Positions 49,809 to 59,952 of a stretch of 64,000 nt of DNA are shown in pieces (the first letter of the stretch is position 1; every line of letters begins with the position of its first letter). The notes beneath the pieces were generated by a model. It made no database searches, was not told the origin of the DNA, and worked only from the letters and a program-made list of their open reading frames with translations. The stretch is from an uncultured bacterium (GTDB lineage: Bacteria; UBP4; UBA4092). The stretch covers positions 62,001 to 126,000 of the forward strand of contig CAZXWN010000005.1 of the NCBI GenBank assembly GCA_964644695.1, written 5' to 3'. The position numbers and the translations under genes were made by a program.

Positions 49809-51551
49809 TCATCCACCCAATAATTGGATTTTCTTCTTCCTGAATTCTCGAATCGCATCTAACCCTCTGGTATTGAGTACATTTTTAGGAGTTGCCCAGG
49901 CTCTCCTGGCAACCTGAACACCCATACCCACCTGGGCCAGACTTTCCACTCGATGACTATCCGTATTGATACACAACATGGCGCCCTTTTGAATCGCAGC
50001 TCGGGCATGAATGTCTTTCAAGTCCAATCGCTGCCAGGAACTGTTGATTTCCAAAGCAGTTCCTGTTTTGACAGCTTCTGCAATCACCGCATCCATATCT
50101 ATAGGGAAAGGAGCTCTAACTCCCAATAAACCGCCGATAAGACGACCTGTAGGATGTCCAATCACATTCACATAAGGATTTCTAATCGCTGCCAGAACCC
50201 TCTGGGTATTGGATTCAATATCTGGTTTTGCTCCCACATGAAGGGAAGCAACCACAAAATCCAGTTGAGCCAGAAGTTCATCTGGATAATCCAGGGTCCC
50301 ATCAGATTTTATATCACATTCCGTACCGGCCAGTAGAGTGAAATCATTCCATCTGGTATTAAGTTTCCTGATTTCCTCAATCTGCTGGGACAGCTTTTCG
50401 GAGGGAAGACCCTGCGCCACAGCCAGCGATCGGCTATGGTCTGTAACTGCTAAATATTTATATCCCCGGGCACGGGCGGCTTCAGCCATATCTTCCATTT
50501 CATATCGACCATCACTCCAATTGGAATGGCTGTGTAAATCACCCTGAATATCTTTCAGTTCAATAAGTTTCGGTAATTTGTTTTCGAGTGCCGCATCAAC
50601 CTCACCCCAATCTTCCCGTAACTCTGGAGCAATCCAGGGAAGACCTAAAGCGGCGTAAACATCTTCTTCGGTGGCTCCGGCGATTTTCTCATCACCCCGA
50701 AACACACCATATTCATTTACCTTCAGACCTTTTTGACGGGCTAACTCGCGGATTTTAACATTATGTTCCTTGGACCCGGTAAAATACTGCAGAGCCGCCC
50801 CCAGAGAACTGGAATCCACTACTCGCAAATCAACCTGAAAATTATCATCCAACCAAATACTGGATTTTGTAGAACCAGACCCGATGACTTCTGATACATC
50901 AGGAAGCGTGTTGAAAAGTTGAATTACTTTATCTCCATCGGGGCCGGCAGCCAGAATATCCAAATCACCAATGGTTTCTTTACCCCGGCGGAAAGACCCG
51001 GCAGGAAAGAACTGATATTCCTCTCCCAGAGGTTGGAGGTGTTTCAAAATCGTCTCTACAAGTTCCAAAGCATGCCCCAAGGGTTTCCGGGACATACCCT
51101 GCCTCCAAGTTTGTATTCCGGCCTTTATTTTCTCAACCTTCTTTTCACCGAATCCGGGATGACCAACAACTTTCCCAGTATTGAGAAGGGTTTCCAATTC
51201 ATCCACACTGGTCACCTGAAAATCATTATAAAAAATAGCGGCAGTTTTCGGGCCCACACTGGGAAGTTTCATCAAGTCAAAGACCGTATCAGGGATACCC
51301 TGTTTCTCTTCATCGTATCGAGAGAGTTGACCCGACTTTAGAAAATCAAGAACTTCTTCTGTCAGTCCTTTTCCAATTCCAGGAACTTCGGATAACCGAC
51401 CCTGCTCGACAATATGTTCAATGTCTTCAGTCAGCTGGTCAATCGTTCGGGCGGCTTTTCGATAGGCATTGACCCGAAAAATATTAACTCCCTTGAATTC
51501 CAGGAGGTCAGCCATCTGATTAAATTGATCTGCTAAATCTTTGTTTTTCAT
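49809..51551 (-). CDS. polX: DNA polymerase X / PHP 3'-5' exonuclease
   Basis: [34 protein letters not shown] motifs [21 protein letters not shown]. Confidence 0.96.
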   Translation of the reverse strand: MKNKDLADQFNQMADLLEFKGVNIFRVNAYRKAARTIDQLTEDIEHIVEQGRLSEVPGIGKGLTEEVLDFLKSGQLSRYDEEKQGIPDTVFDLMKLPSVGPKTAAIFYNDFQVTSVDELETLLNTGKVVGHPGFGEKKVEKIKAGIQTWRQGMSRKPLGHALELVETILKHLQPLGEEYQFFPAGSFRRGKETIGDLDILAAGPDGDKVIQLFNTLPDVSEVIGSGSTKSSIWLDDNFQVDLRVVDSSSLGAALQYFTGSKEHNVKIRELARQKGLKVNEYGVFRGDEKIAGATEEDVYAALGLPWIAPELREDWGEVDAALENKLPKLIELKDIQGDLHSHSNWSDGRYEMEDMAEAARARGYKYLAVTDHSRSLAVAQGLPSEKLSQQIEEIRKLNTRWNDFTLLAGTECDIKSDGTLDYPDELLAQLDFVVASLHVGAKPDIESNTQRVLAAIRNPYVNVIGHPTGRLIGGLLGVRAPFPIDMDAVIAEAVKTGTALEINSSWQRLDLKDIHARAAIQKGAMLCINTDSHRVESLAQVGMGVQVARRAWATPKNVLNTRGLDAIREFRKKKIQLLGG

Positions 51552-51628
51552 ATAGATTATTATACCAATCCTCTGAAAATCTCGGCTTCATCACTATACA
51601 AAAACGATTTATATCGGATAAAGATAAA

Positions 51629-51674
51629 ACGAGCCATCCACGGAGCAGCTCGGAGCAGGTCCGTGGGTGATTCG
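51629..51674. repeat. REP-like imperfect palindrome, copy 2 (inverted)
   Basis: ACGAGCCATCCACGGAGCAGCTCGGAGCAGGTCCGTGGGTGATTCG; its reverse complement matches 10367..10412. Confidence 0.8.
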
Positions 51675-51730
51675 TTAAAAGATTCACTTATCTGTGACAG
51701 ATTGATATGCTAGATTCTATTGATTAGCAT

Positions 51731-54448
51731 ATGAAAGAATCCTTATTAACCAAACTCCGGGAGATACTTCCGGAATTACCCCCCGAGGGAGATCAACTTC
51801 AACCCTGGGCTATTACGACATTAAAAACTTTCCTCGCCGAAGAAGAGGCGGATATTTTCCGTAATCACCTTCAAATCACCAGCGGATGGCATATTCTCAA
51901 ACGCCGCAGTGATTTAATAGATGCGGTCATTTACCACCTTTTTGACCGGTTATATGTTCAGTTTGAATCCCGCAACCGAAGGCCGGACACATTATCCCTG
52001 TTAGCCGGTGGTGGATATGGCCGCCGCGAGATGCACCCCTGCTCTGACATTGATGTGATTTTCGTGTACCAGACCATGAGTGCTCCCGTGGAAGAATTTG
52101 CCACGACCCTGCTGCACTGGTTTTGGGACATCGGTTTTGATTTAGGCCATGCCTTCCATTCCATCACCGAATGTCTGGCACAGGCGTCAACAGATTTAGC
52201 TTCCCAGACCTCACTGATGGAATCACGCCTGTTAGCTGGAGACCCGAAAACCTTTAACCACCTGAAATCCTCCATGAATGAAACCCTTGTAAGGAAACAA
52301 ATGGACAGTTATATCATGGGGAAGGTCAAGGAAATGGAACACCGCCATCAAAGTTTCGGGAATTCCCTTTACCATCTGGAACCCAATTTGAAAAATGGCG
52401 TTGGGGGGTTACGCGACATGCAGACAGCCCTCTGGATCGCACAGGCCCGGTTTGGTGTTCAAGGATTAATGGCACTGAAGGAAACGGGATTTCTCTCCGC
52501 CGCAGAATCGGAGGAATCCCTCCGTCATTTGGATTTCCTCTGGAAACTTCGCAACCATCTTCATTACTATACTCACCGAAAACAGGATATCCTGACATTT
52601 GCCTGTCAACCTGCCATCGCTGAAAACATGGGATTCCGTAATGACCAGTCCGGGGATGCGGTGGAACACATGATGAGGGCCTATTACCGTGCCGCCCGCC
52701 ATATCCAGGATTACTCCTGGCTTTATATTCAACGGTGTTTCCCTCCCTCGACTCGTAGAGTATCTTATCTGAATCCCATGAATGATATTGCTCCGGGGAT
52801 CGTACAGAAAGAAGGCACTATCCACATCAAGGAATTCAGTCCCGTCCCCATTGATGCATCCTTGATTATGCGGTGCTTCCTGGAATGTCAGAGACGGAAT
52901 CTCCCTCTATCTCATGCGGCCCGTACTGTAATCAGAAACAGAGTCGATGAATTGCCTCTGGACTGTTTCCGGGAACCCGCGCCATTGAAATTGTTTAACG
53001 ATATGCTTTTTGAAAGAGGTCATTTGTACCGTGCACTACGCGAGATGCACGAGTTACAGGTCCTGGAACGATTCATTCCGGAGTTTAAGGGACTCACCTG
53101 TCTGGTTCGGCATGACCTTCAACACCGATATACCGTCGATGAACATACGCTCCGTCTGGTCATGTTTTTACAGCAGTTAAAGAATCAAACTTCCCTGGAA
53201 CGGGATGAGGATACACTTCCTCCCAAAGAATTAATCAATGTCTATTACGAACTGAACCAGGACCGCGTTTTAATGTTGACTGCACTTCTTCACGACATCG
53301 GAAAAGTAGCAAAGACCAAACATGTGGTAGAAGGGATTAAAATGCTGCCGGAGATTCTCCACCGGCTGGAACTCCCACCTGAAGACCAGGACAAAATCAT
53401 CACTCTGGTCACTATCCATCACCGAATGTCGGAAGTTGCGCAACACCATGATTTGGACGACCGGAGGGTTCTGCATAATTTTGCTCAGGAAATCGGCTCT
53501 CTGGAAATACTCAAGCTGTTATATCTGATTACTTATGCCGATATGCGATCCGTCAGTAAAGAAGTATGGACTCCCTGGAAAGCCGCTTTATTATCGGAAC
53601 TGTATCATAAGGCCGCCGCGATTCTGACAGGACAACCTTTATCCATCGGCGATGACCAGCAACATTTGGATGAAGTAAAAGAAACTGTTCTTTCACTGGC
53701 TCAGGAAAAGATAACCGCAGATGAGGTGGATACTCATTTCAATGGGATGTCACCCCGCTATTTACTCAGTACGGAACCCCATTTATTACTAAGTCATTTA
53801 ATAAAAATTCAGCAGTTGAATGAATTGCAGATACAAAACCCCAAGATCAAACCCATCTTAACGGAGATTGAACACAAGTCCAAACTGGGGTACTCTGATT
53901 TTACAGTGTTCACCCTGGACCAGCCGGGATTGTTTGCCCAAATCACCGGAACTCTGGCGTCTAAATCCATCAGCATCTTCGGAGCGCAAATATTTACGCG
54001 AAAAGATGGTGTCGTTATCGATACTTTTGTTCTGGACCACCGGAGCCCGGGTTGGACTGATGAAGAAACGGCCTGGGATGATTTACAGATTGATTTAGGG
54101 AAGGTCATCAACGGAGAAAAAGATATTGCGGCTATCCTGTCCGCCCAACAGGATTTCTTGAAATCACAAACTCAAGGTGGAGATTCAAAAACTCAAATCA
54201 GTATCAGTAATCAGGTTTCTGATACGCATACCGTTGTCGATATCAGGACCCGTGACCGGATTGGTTTACTTCATATTCTCACCCGTACTCTGGCCGAACT
54301 GGGGTTATCCATTGCAACCAGCCGAATCGCCACTTATGGGCCGAGGGCTGTGGATGTATTTTATGTGACAGATTTAGAGGGCAGAAAAATCCAGGATGAA
54401 GAAAAAGTATTAATGATGAAAGATAAACTCAATAGCGCATTAGCATAA
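51731..54448 (+). CDS. glnD: [Protein-PII] uridylyltransferase/uridylyl-removing enzyme
   Basis: GGYGRREM.P.SDID, EPNLK.G.GGLRD, HRYTVDEHT, LLHDIGK, two ACT domains (DQPGLF, DRIGLL). Confidence 0.96.
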   Translation: MKESLLTKLREILPELPPEGDQLQPWAITTLKTFLAEEEADIFRNHLQITSGWHILKRRSDLIDAVIYHLFDRLYVQFESRNRRPDTLSLLAGGGYGRREMHPCSDIDVIFVYQTMSAPVEEFATTLLHWFWDIGFDLGHAFHSITECLAQASTDLASQTSLMESRLLAGDPKTFNHLKSSMNETLVRKQMDSYIMGKVKEMEHRHQSFGNSLYHLEPNLKNGVGGLRDMQTALWIAQARFGVQGLMALKETGFLSAAESEESLRHLDFLWKLRNHLHYYTHRKQDILTFACQPAIAENMGFRNDQSGDAVEHMMRAYYRAARHIQDYSWLYIQRCFPPSTRRVSYLNPMNDIAPGIVQKEGTIHIKEFSPVPIDASLIMRCFLECQRRNLPLSHAARTVIRNRVDELPLDCFREPAPLKLFNDMLFERGHLYRALREMHELQVLERFIPEFKGLTCLVRHDLQHRYTVDEHTLRLVMFLQQLKNQTSLERDEDTLPPKELINVYYELNQDRVLMLTALLHDIGKVAKTKHVVEGIKMLPEILHRLELPPEDQDKIITLVTIHHRMSEVAQHHDLDDRRVLHNFAQEIGSLEILKLLYLITYADMRSVSKEVWTPWKAALLSELYHKAAAILTGQPLSIGDDQQHLDEVKETVLSLAQEKITADEVDTHFNGMSPRYLLSTEPHLLLSHLIKIQQLNELQIQNPKIKPILTEIEHKSKLGYSDFTVFTLDQPGLFAQITGTLASKSISIFGAQIFTRKDGVVIDTFVLDHRSPGWTDEETAWDDLQIDLGKVINGEKDIAAILSAQQDFLKSQTQGGDSKTQISISNQVSDTHTVVDIRTRDRIGLLHILTRTLAELGLSIATSRIATYGPRAVDVFYVTDLEGRKIQDEEKVLMMKDKLNSALA

Positions 54449-54450
54449 AC

Positions 54451-55020
54451 TCAGGCCAGATGCATGAGGTGTTGGTAAAGTATTCGGCTGCCAATCGCAA
54501 TAAGAATCAGTCCCCCGACTATCCCCACATGACCCTTGAATAAATCACCAAATCGTTCCCCCAGAAGTACACCTAAAAATGAAATCAGGAAAGTCACTAC
54601 CCCGATTATCAATGAAGGAATTAAAATAGGAGACCCACTCATGGCAAACGCCAACCCCACTGCCATGGCATCAATACTGGTCGCCACTCCCAATATCAAC
54701 AGTAATTTAGTATCCAGAAACTCTTTTTCAGAATGACAGGCTTCGTCCGCTTTCACTGAATCCCAAATCATCTTGACACCCACACCTAACAGTAAGGCAA
54801 AGGCGACCCAATGATCAAAAGATTCTATCCAGACATGGACTCGAATCCCAGCCAGATAACCCAATAAAGGCATCACCGCCTGAAATATTCCGAAACATAA
54901 ACTGATTTTCAGGATGTGCCGAAACCGTAAGTCATGTATTGTCATACCACTACACATTGACACGGTAAAGGCATCCAGCGATAAGGCAATAGCGATAAGA
55001 AAGATGGAAAGTAATGTCAA
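54451..55020 (-). CDS. mntP: Manganese efflux pump MntP
   Basis: ALSLDAF.VS, FQAVMP, DHWVAF, ATSIDAMAVG. Confidence 0.92.
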   Translation of the reverse strand: MTLLSIFLIAIALSLDAFTVSMCSGMTIHDLRFRHILKISLCFGIFQAVMPLLGYLAGIRVHVWIESFDHWVAFALLLGVGVKMIWDSVKADEACHSEKEFLDTKLLLILGVATSIDAMAVGLAFAMSGSPILIPSLIIGVVTFLISFLGVLLGERFGDLFKGHVGIVGGLILIAIGSRILYQHLMHLA

Positions 55021-55219
55021 AAGGAATTTTCCTGTTTTTAAAGACTGTCGAAATCTATAAAAGCTGTTTTGGATATTTTATCATTATTCTGTCCGTCATC
55101 TTTGATTTGGCAAGTTCAAACCAATTATTATCAGGAAAACCCCAAATTTACCGTGCGGTTTGTTATAATTTTTTTTAAGACTATATTCTTAATTTTGACA
55201 TTCAGGCGGTGTAAACGAA

Positions 55220-56119
55220 TTGGCATCCATGTTAACTCCATCCCAACGATTGTTGGAAAAAGCCAGCACGCTGATTGAAGCGTTGCCTTACATCAAGCAA
55301 TTTTATGGTCAGACCATTGTAATTAAATACGGTGGTGCTGCCATGGTCAATGATGACCTTAAAAATGCCACGATGGAAGATATTGTAATGATGCGTTATT
55401 GCGGTATTCGTCCAGTTGTCGTTCATGGCGGTGGGCCGGATATCACCAGTATGATGAACAGGCTGGGTCTTGAACCCCGGTTTGTAAATGGCCAACGATA
55501 TACAGATGAGGCCACGATGGATGTGGTCGAGATGGTATTAACTGGGAAAATCAATTCTGAGATTGTTACCGATATCCAGAAACATGGTGGGAATGCCGTT
55601 GGTTTATCGGGAAAAGATTCCTGGATTGTTAAAGCTGAGAAATTCACCGGACATCAGTCCGATACAAAACCCGCTGACGATTTAGGTTTCGTGGGTGATA
55701 TTGAGCGTGTTAACCCAAGTTTGATTGATGCGTTGATCAATCAGGGTTTTATTCCTGTTATTTCACCCGTGGGTATGGACCAAAAAGGTCAAAGTTATAA
55801 TATCAATGCGGACTTAGTTGCCGGTGAAATTGCTGGAGCCCTGTGTGCTAAAAAACTATTACTATTAACGGATTCCCCTGGAATTTTAAGTGATCCGAAA
55901 GATCCAGGGTCTCTAATTAATACGCTTGAAATGGACCAAATCGACCAGCTTATCAGAGATGGTGTTATCAAGGGCGGCATGATTCCCAAGGTTGAAGCCT
56001 GTATGCGTGCCATTGAAGAAGGCGTTAAGAAAACCCACATTATTGATGGTCGAGTACCACATGCACTCATTCTGGAAATATTTACGGATGAAGGAATAGG
56101 CACAGAAATAATTGCCTGA
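55220..56119 (+). CDS. argB: Acetylglutamate kinase
   Basis: LIEALPYI, IKYGG, VHGGGP, YNINAD, GGMIPKV. Start may be ATG 55229. Confidence 0.96.
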   Translation: MASMLTPSQRLLEKASTLIEALPYIKQFYGQTIVIKYGGAAMVNDDLKNATMEDIVMMRYCGIRPVVVHGGGPDITSMMNRLGLEPRFVNGQRYTDEATMDVVEMVLTGKINSEIVTDIQKHGGNAVGLSGKDSWIVKAEKFTGHQSDTKPADDLGFVGDIERVNPSLIDALINQGFIPVISPVGMDQKGQSYNINADLVAGEIAGALCAKKLLLLTDSPGILSDPKDPGSLINTLEMDQIDQLIRDGVIKGGMIPKVEACMRAIEEGVKKTHIIDGRVPHALILEIFTDEGIGTEIIA

Positions 56120-56214
56120 TTTCCACGAAGTGTAATTTATTAAGTGTCCTATACTTATTTTATTGAGATAATACAATTATTGGATAACGGATACGGATTG
56201 GAAAGAGAGAGTAT

Positions 56215-57078
56215 ATGTCAACATATACCGGCAAGATATTAGTTGCTGACGACGAAAACGATATCGCACAAATTATAAAATACCTCTTGGAAAACAAGGG
56301 GAATGAAGTACAGACATGCCATGATGGGCAGGAAGTATTAGACAGGCTGGCAGAATATCGGCCCGACTTGCTGGTGTTGGATGTCATGATGCCTAAGCTG
56401 TCGGGATATGCCTTAGTCAAAGAATTAAAAAAGAATCCTGAGTGGATGGGAATCCCCATTCTTATGGTAAGTGGAATCAGCAAAGGTTCCGATAAATCTG
56501 ATGAGTTTTGGCAAAAGGGAATGGGTGTCGATGACTATATTACAAAACCCTTTGATCCAAAAGATTTAGTCAGCCGCGTCGAAGTACTTCTTCGCAAAGC
56601 TCGTGAGGGCTGGCTAGATAAAGAACGCAGTGGTGAACTTCAGCAGATGGTTTCCAGTGCCACTCCAGGAAGTGCACGGATTCGGACAAGTGCAGAAGTT
56701 CCTGGTGATTCACAAGTATCTGCGAATGTTCCAAAACAATATCCCGAAAAACCAGAAGAAGTCGTTAAACTTTTCGTTGAAGCATGGAACTCCCAATTAT
56801 TTGACTGGGAATATGATTGTTTATCCAAACGCCTTGCTTTCACCACTAAAGATGAATATATTCAACGGCGGAGATCCTATTATGCTGAATTGAATAGTCG
56901 TGCCAAACACACCCAAGAAGTACAGGAAATCACTCTATCCAAAACAGCAGGTGTTAATGCACAGGTGGATATCGTTCGAGTAGATACTGAGGGCGCATCA
57001 AAAAGAGTGACCCGAGAATCTTACATTCTGGTTGATGAAAACGGTAAATGGAAAATCAATGCTGTAAAAGCAGGTTGA
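56215..57078 (+). CDS. Response regulator receiver with unknown C-terminal domain
   Basis: ILVADD, LDVMMP, MVSG, YITKPF; linker, then an alpha/beta domain ending GKWKI (NTF2/DUF4878-like). Confidence 0.85.
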   Translation: MSTYTGKILVADDENDIAQIIKYLLENKGNEVQTCHDGQEVLDRLAEYRPDLLVLDVMMPKLSGYALVKELKKNPEWMGIPILMVSGISKGSDKSDEFWQKGMGVDDYITKPFDPKDLVSRVEVLLRKAREGWLDKERSGELQQMVSSATPGSARIRTSAEVPGDSQVSANVPKQYPEKPEEVVKLFVEAWNSQLFDWEYDCLSKRLAFTTKDEYIQRRRSYYAELNSRAKHTQEVQEITLSKTAGVNAQVDIVRVDTEGASKRVTRESYILVDENGKWKINAVKAG

Positions 57079-57102
57079 TTTTTTATTATAAATATCAAAA
57101 AG

Positions 57103-57137
57103 AAAACCGGGTCTTCCTTTTGGAAGGCCCGGTTTTT
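57103..57137. terminator. Bidirectional terminator
   Basis: AAAACCGGGTCTTCC/GGAAGGCCCGGTTTT stem between convergent genes. Confidence 0.8.
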
Positions 57138-57158
57138 AATTTCCCTATTTAAGCGATT

Positions 57159-58274
57159 CTAGCGTGAATCAACATCATATCTAGCAATGTCGTACCATTT
57201 ATCAACTTGGTCACTGTTCAAGACATCCAGGAGCTTATCGATAGCTTTGGCTTCGTTATATTGGAAGTCTATACCCAAGTCCCGAATTTTCTCTTCCTGC
57301 CGGCGAATCGCACTCCAACTGTAATCATAATCTTTCATATGATCCAGGCGACGGATTTCTCTGGTTCTGTCTTTGTAATATTCTTCCCGAATATCCTGTA
57401 ACTCGTGGAGACGATCCAGGAACTCTGTCTTTTGATACCAGCGGATATCCAGTTCATCCATCAACCATTTTTCATAATCGCTCTGGGCCCGACGATATTC
57501 TGAGCTATATCGATCCGTACCATCTAAATGGAATTGAATGATGATCGAATCACGATAGCTGTACGAGAACCAGTTATCTGGCCATGAGAATGGCGACCAA
57601 AAGAAGTAGAACCGGTTCCGTGGAGCCCAATCCCGACCATGGTGATTCCGATACAAATCGGGACCCCAATGAACTGGAGGCTGCCAACGATGCCAATCAA
57701 TCTTACTTACATCAATCGGTCTTTTAGGCATCCGACCTCCGATTGGATTTCTGTCACCCGGTTTATGCATATCAAATCTATCACCAGGCTTTCCTGGAGC
57801 ATTAAACCCAGGACCTCTATTGGTATTTCCAGGGTTGTCTTGAGGAGTCGGTTTATCTCCAGGATTAAAAACAGGTCTCTCTGGTTGTGGCACCGTTATT
57901 TTCCTGGTGTCATCTCCAATAAACAGGGGTTTATCTCCACCTTTGGGTTCAATCCGGATTTTTTGAACATTATCCTGATTGAAGATTGGTTTAGGCTGAT
58001 TAAAGGGTTTTTCCTTGTTGGTGGCACTTTCATCCCGGCGGTAATTCAAAACAGGGCGAGTATTTGCTTTAGGTTCACCTAAGGTAAACTTCTGTTTTGG
58101 CAGTTCCCTGTCCCCATTTTTCTCTTTATCTTTCTTATCATTATCTCTGGGGATAATTTGAATTTTGGGATTATCTTTGTCGATCCTGATAAGCTGAGCA
58201 TACCCCGAAACAGGTATACTTCCCACTAACAATACACCTACGGTCATTACGGGAATCCAATTTATGCGTTTCAT
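57159..58274 (-). CDS. Secreted hypothetical protein (Pro/Lys-rich linker, Trp-rich segment, helical Spy/CpxP-like C-terminus)
   Basis: Signal peptide ...GYAQ; SD AAAGGAG; C-terminal VLNSDQ resembles the LTxxQ motif. Confidence 0.7.
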   Translation of the reverse strand: MKRINWIPVMTVGVLLVGSIPVSGYAQLIRIDKDNPKIQIIPRDNDKKDKEKNGDRELPKQKFTLGEPKANTRPVLNYRRDESATNKEKPFNQPKPIFNQDNVQKIRIEPKGGDKPLFIGDDTRKITVPQPERPVFNPGDKPTPQDNPGNTNRGPGFNAPGKPGDRFDMHKPGDRNPIGGRMPKRPIDVSKIDWHRWQPPVHWGPDLYRNHHGRDWAPRNRFYFFWSPFSWPDNWFSYSYRDSIIIQFHLDGTDRYSSEYRRAQSDYEKWLMDELDIRWYQKTEFLDRLHELQDIREEYYKDRTREIRRLDHMKDYDYSWSAIRRQEEKIRDLGIDFQYNEAKAIDKLLDVLNSDQVDKWYDIARYDVDSR

Positions 58275-58316
58275 AATATTTTCTCCTTTCAGATTTTCAT
58301 TCCTGAGTATTTATAA

Positions 58317-58332
58317 AGCAAGGAGTGTGCCA
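58317..58332 (-). promoter_or_regulatory. Sigma54 (-24/-12) promoter
   Basis: Minus strand TGGCACACTCCTTGCT matches TGGCAC-N5-TTGC, 43 nt upstream of ATG 58274. Confidence 0.8.
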
Positions 58333-58481
58333 ATCCATCTTTGCCCCTAAAATCCTGTTTTATCCCCCTATTACATTGTTTTTGACAATAAATGTAGTAA
58401 ATAACCATTATCTTCTGTACGATTAGGTACACTTTTCAACCAACTCAGTACATTTAACGGCTATCTTTCACTCTAGACATG

Positions 58482-58518
58482 AAAAAGACCGGAATGTCGC
58501 AGGGGACAATCCGGTCTT
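58482..58518 (-). terminator. Terminator of hcp
   Basis: AAGACCGGA/TCCGGTCTT stem with a T-run on the minus strand. Confidence 0.65.
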
Positions 58519-58542
58519 AATACGAAAAGACTGAGTTATTTA

Positions 58543-59850
58543 TTAGACCAACATTTGTTCCAGGTCATTCACTGGATTGCCAGTCAGTTGAAGGTTATAT
58601 TTATCAACCAGGAAATTCAATATGGCATCATTAAAGAACTGAGGTGCTTTGGGTCCTACATAAATATCTCTGATACCAAGATGTAACAATGAGGACAGAA
58701 TCAAGACCGCCTTTTGTTCCATCCATGACAAGACAATTGATACAGGCAAGTCATTTACACCACACCCAAGGGCTTCAGCCAGGGCCATAGCAATCCGGAC
58801 AGCCCCATCAGAATCATTACACTGACCTAAATCCAGATACCGAGGGATTTCAGTACCGGGTATGGTGCCGAAATCAATGTCATTGAATCGGAATTTTCCA
58901 CAGCTGGAGGTCAGAATAATACAGTCTTCAGGAACAGACATAGCCAGTTCCCGATAATAATTCCCCGCAGACCCGGGAGCATCACATCCGGCTATTACAA
59001 AGAACCGACGAATTTTGCCTGCTTTTACAGCGTCCAAGATTACAGGTGCCAGTCCCAAAATGGTCTTATAATTATGCCCGGTCGTAATTATCTCGTTCTC
59101 ATCAAATCCCGTAACGGCAGGATTGGCTAATGCGGTTGCAATTACATCCGAAAAATCATCATTCTCGATTTTTCGAGCACCTTCCACACCCACCATCTTG
59201 TATGTAAACAGACGGTCTGTGTAGGTTGAATCTTTCCGTGGTGGAACAATACAATTAGTGTTCACAATAATCGCCCCGGACCATTTTTCAAACACTTTAT
59301 TCTGATCAAACCAGGACTTTCCAATATTGCCCTTCAGATGAGGATATTTCCGGAGTTCAGGATAACCATGAGCCGGCAGCATTTCCGAATGGGTATAAAT
59401 ATTGATTCCAAGACCCTCCGTGGCTTTCAGGAGTTTACCTAACATCATTAAATTATGTCCAGACACCAGAATGGCTTTACCTTCGGCTTTATTATTGGTC
59501 ACTTTAACCGGCGTAGGGATTCCAAAAGCGGCATGGTGAGCTTCACCCAGCAGATACATTGCCTTGACTCCCGCTTCTCCCATTTTTAAAACCTGATTGA
59601 TATGCTCTTCAAAGTTAAAATTGACATTCGTCAGAGTAAAATAAAGCGTGTGAGCAATCACATCATCAACTTCAATGGTATTGGCACCCAATTCACGAGC
59701 ATGTTCCCTGTATGCGGAAAGTCCCTTTAATCCAAATATCATAGTATCCTGTAACCGGGCCAAGGTATCGTCTTTTCCACAAGTTCCCAATAACTGACCT
59801 TTTGCTCCACAACCACCCGGGGCTGACATTTCACATTGATGACAAAACAT
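58543..59850 (-). CDS. hcp: Hybrid cluster protein (short form)
   Basis: MFCHQC..C..CGK N-terminus, ILVSGH, YTHSEMLPAHGYP, NCI, GCD, CGKFRF, GQCND, SWMEQKAV. Confidence 0.96.
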   Translation of the reverse strand: MFCHQCEMSAPGGCGAKGQLLGTCGKDDTLARLQDTMIFGLKGLSAYREHARELGANTIEVDDVIAHTLYFTLTNVNFNFEEHINQVLKMGEAGVKAMYLLGEAHHAAFGIPTPVKVTNNKAEGKAILVSGHNLMMLGKLLKATEGLGINIYTHSEMLPAHGYPELRKYPHLKGNIGKSWFDQNKVFEKWSGAIIVNTNCIVPPRKDSTYTDRLFTYKMVGVEGARKIENDDFSDVIATALANPAVTGFDENEIITTGHNYKTILGLAPVILDAVKAGKIRRFFVIAGCDAPGSAGNYYRELAMSVPEDCIILTSSCGKFRFNDIDFGTIPGTEIPRYLDLGQCNDSDGAVRIAMALAEALGCGVNDLPVSIVLSWMEQKAVLILSSLLHLGIRDIYVGPKAPQFFNDAILNFLVDKYNLQLTGNPVNDLEQMLV

Positions 59851-59911
59851 TCTTTATTTCCTCCTTATATAGTTTCTAATGTTAATCATAAGGGTTGGAT
59901 ACAAGAGAATG

Positions 59912-59929
59912 TCTTGATATAAATCAAGA
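59912..59929. promoter_or_regulatory. FNR/HcpR-type operator
   Basis: TCTTGATATAAATCAAGA contains the consensus TTGAT-N4-ATCAA, ~60 nt upstream of hcp. Confidence 0.85.
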
Positions 59930-59952
59930 GAAGATAAAATAGTGAGATTTAT

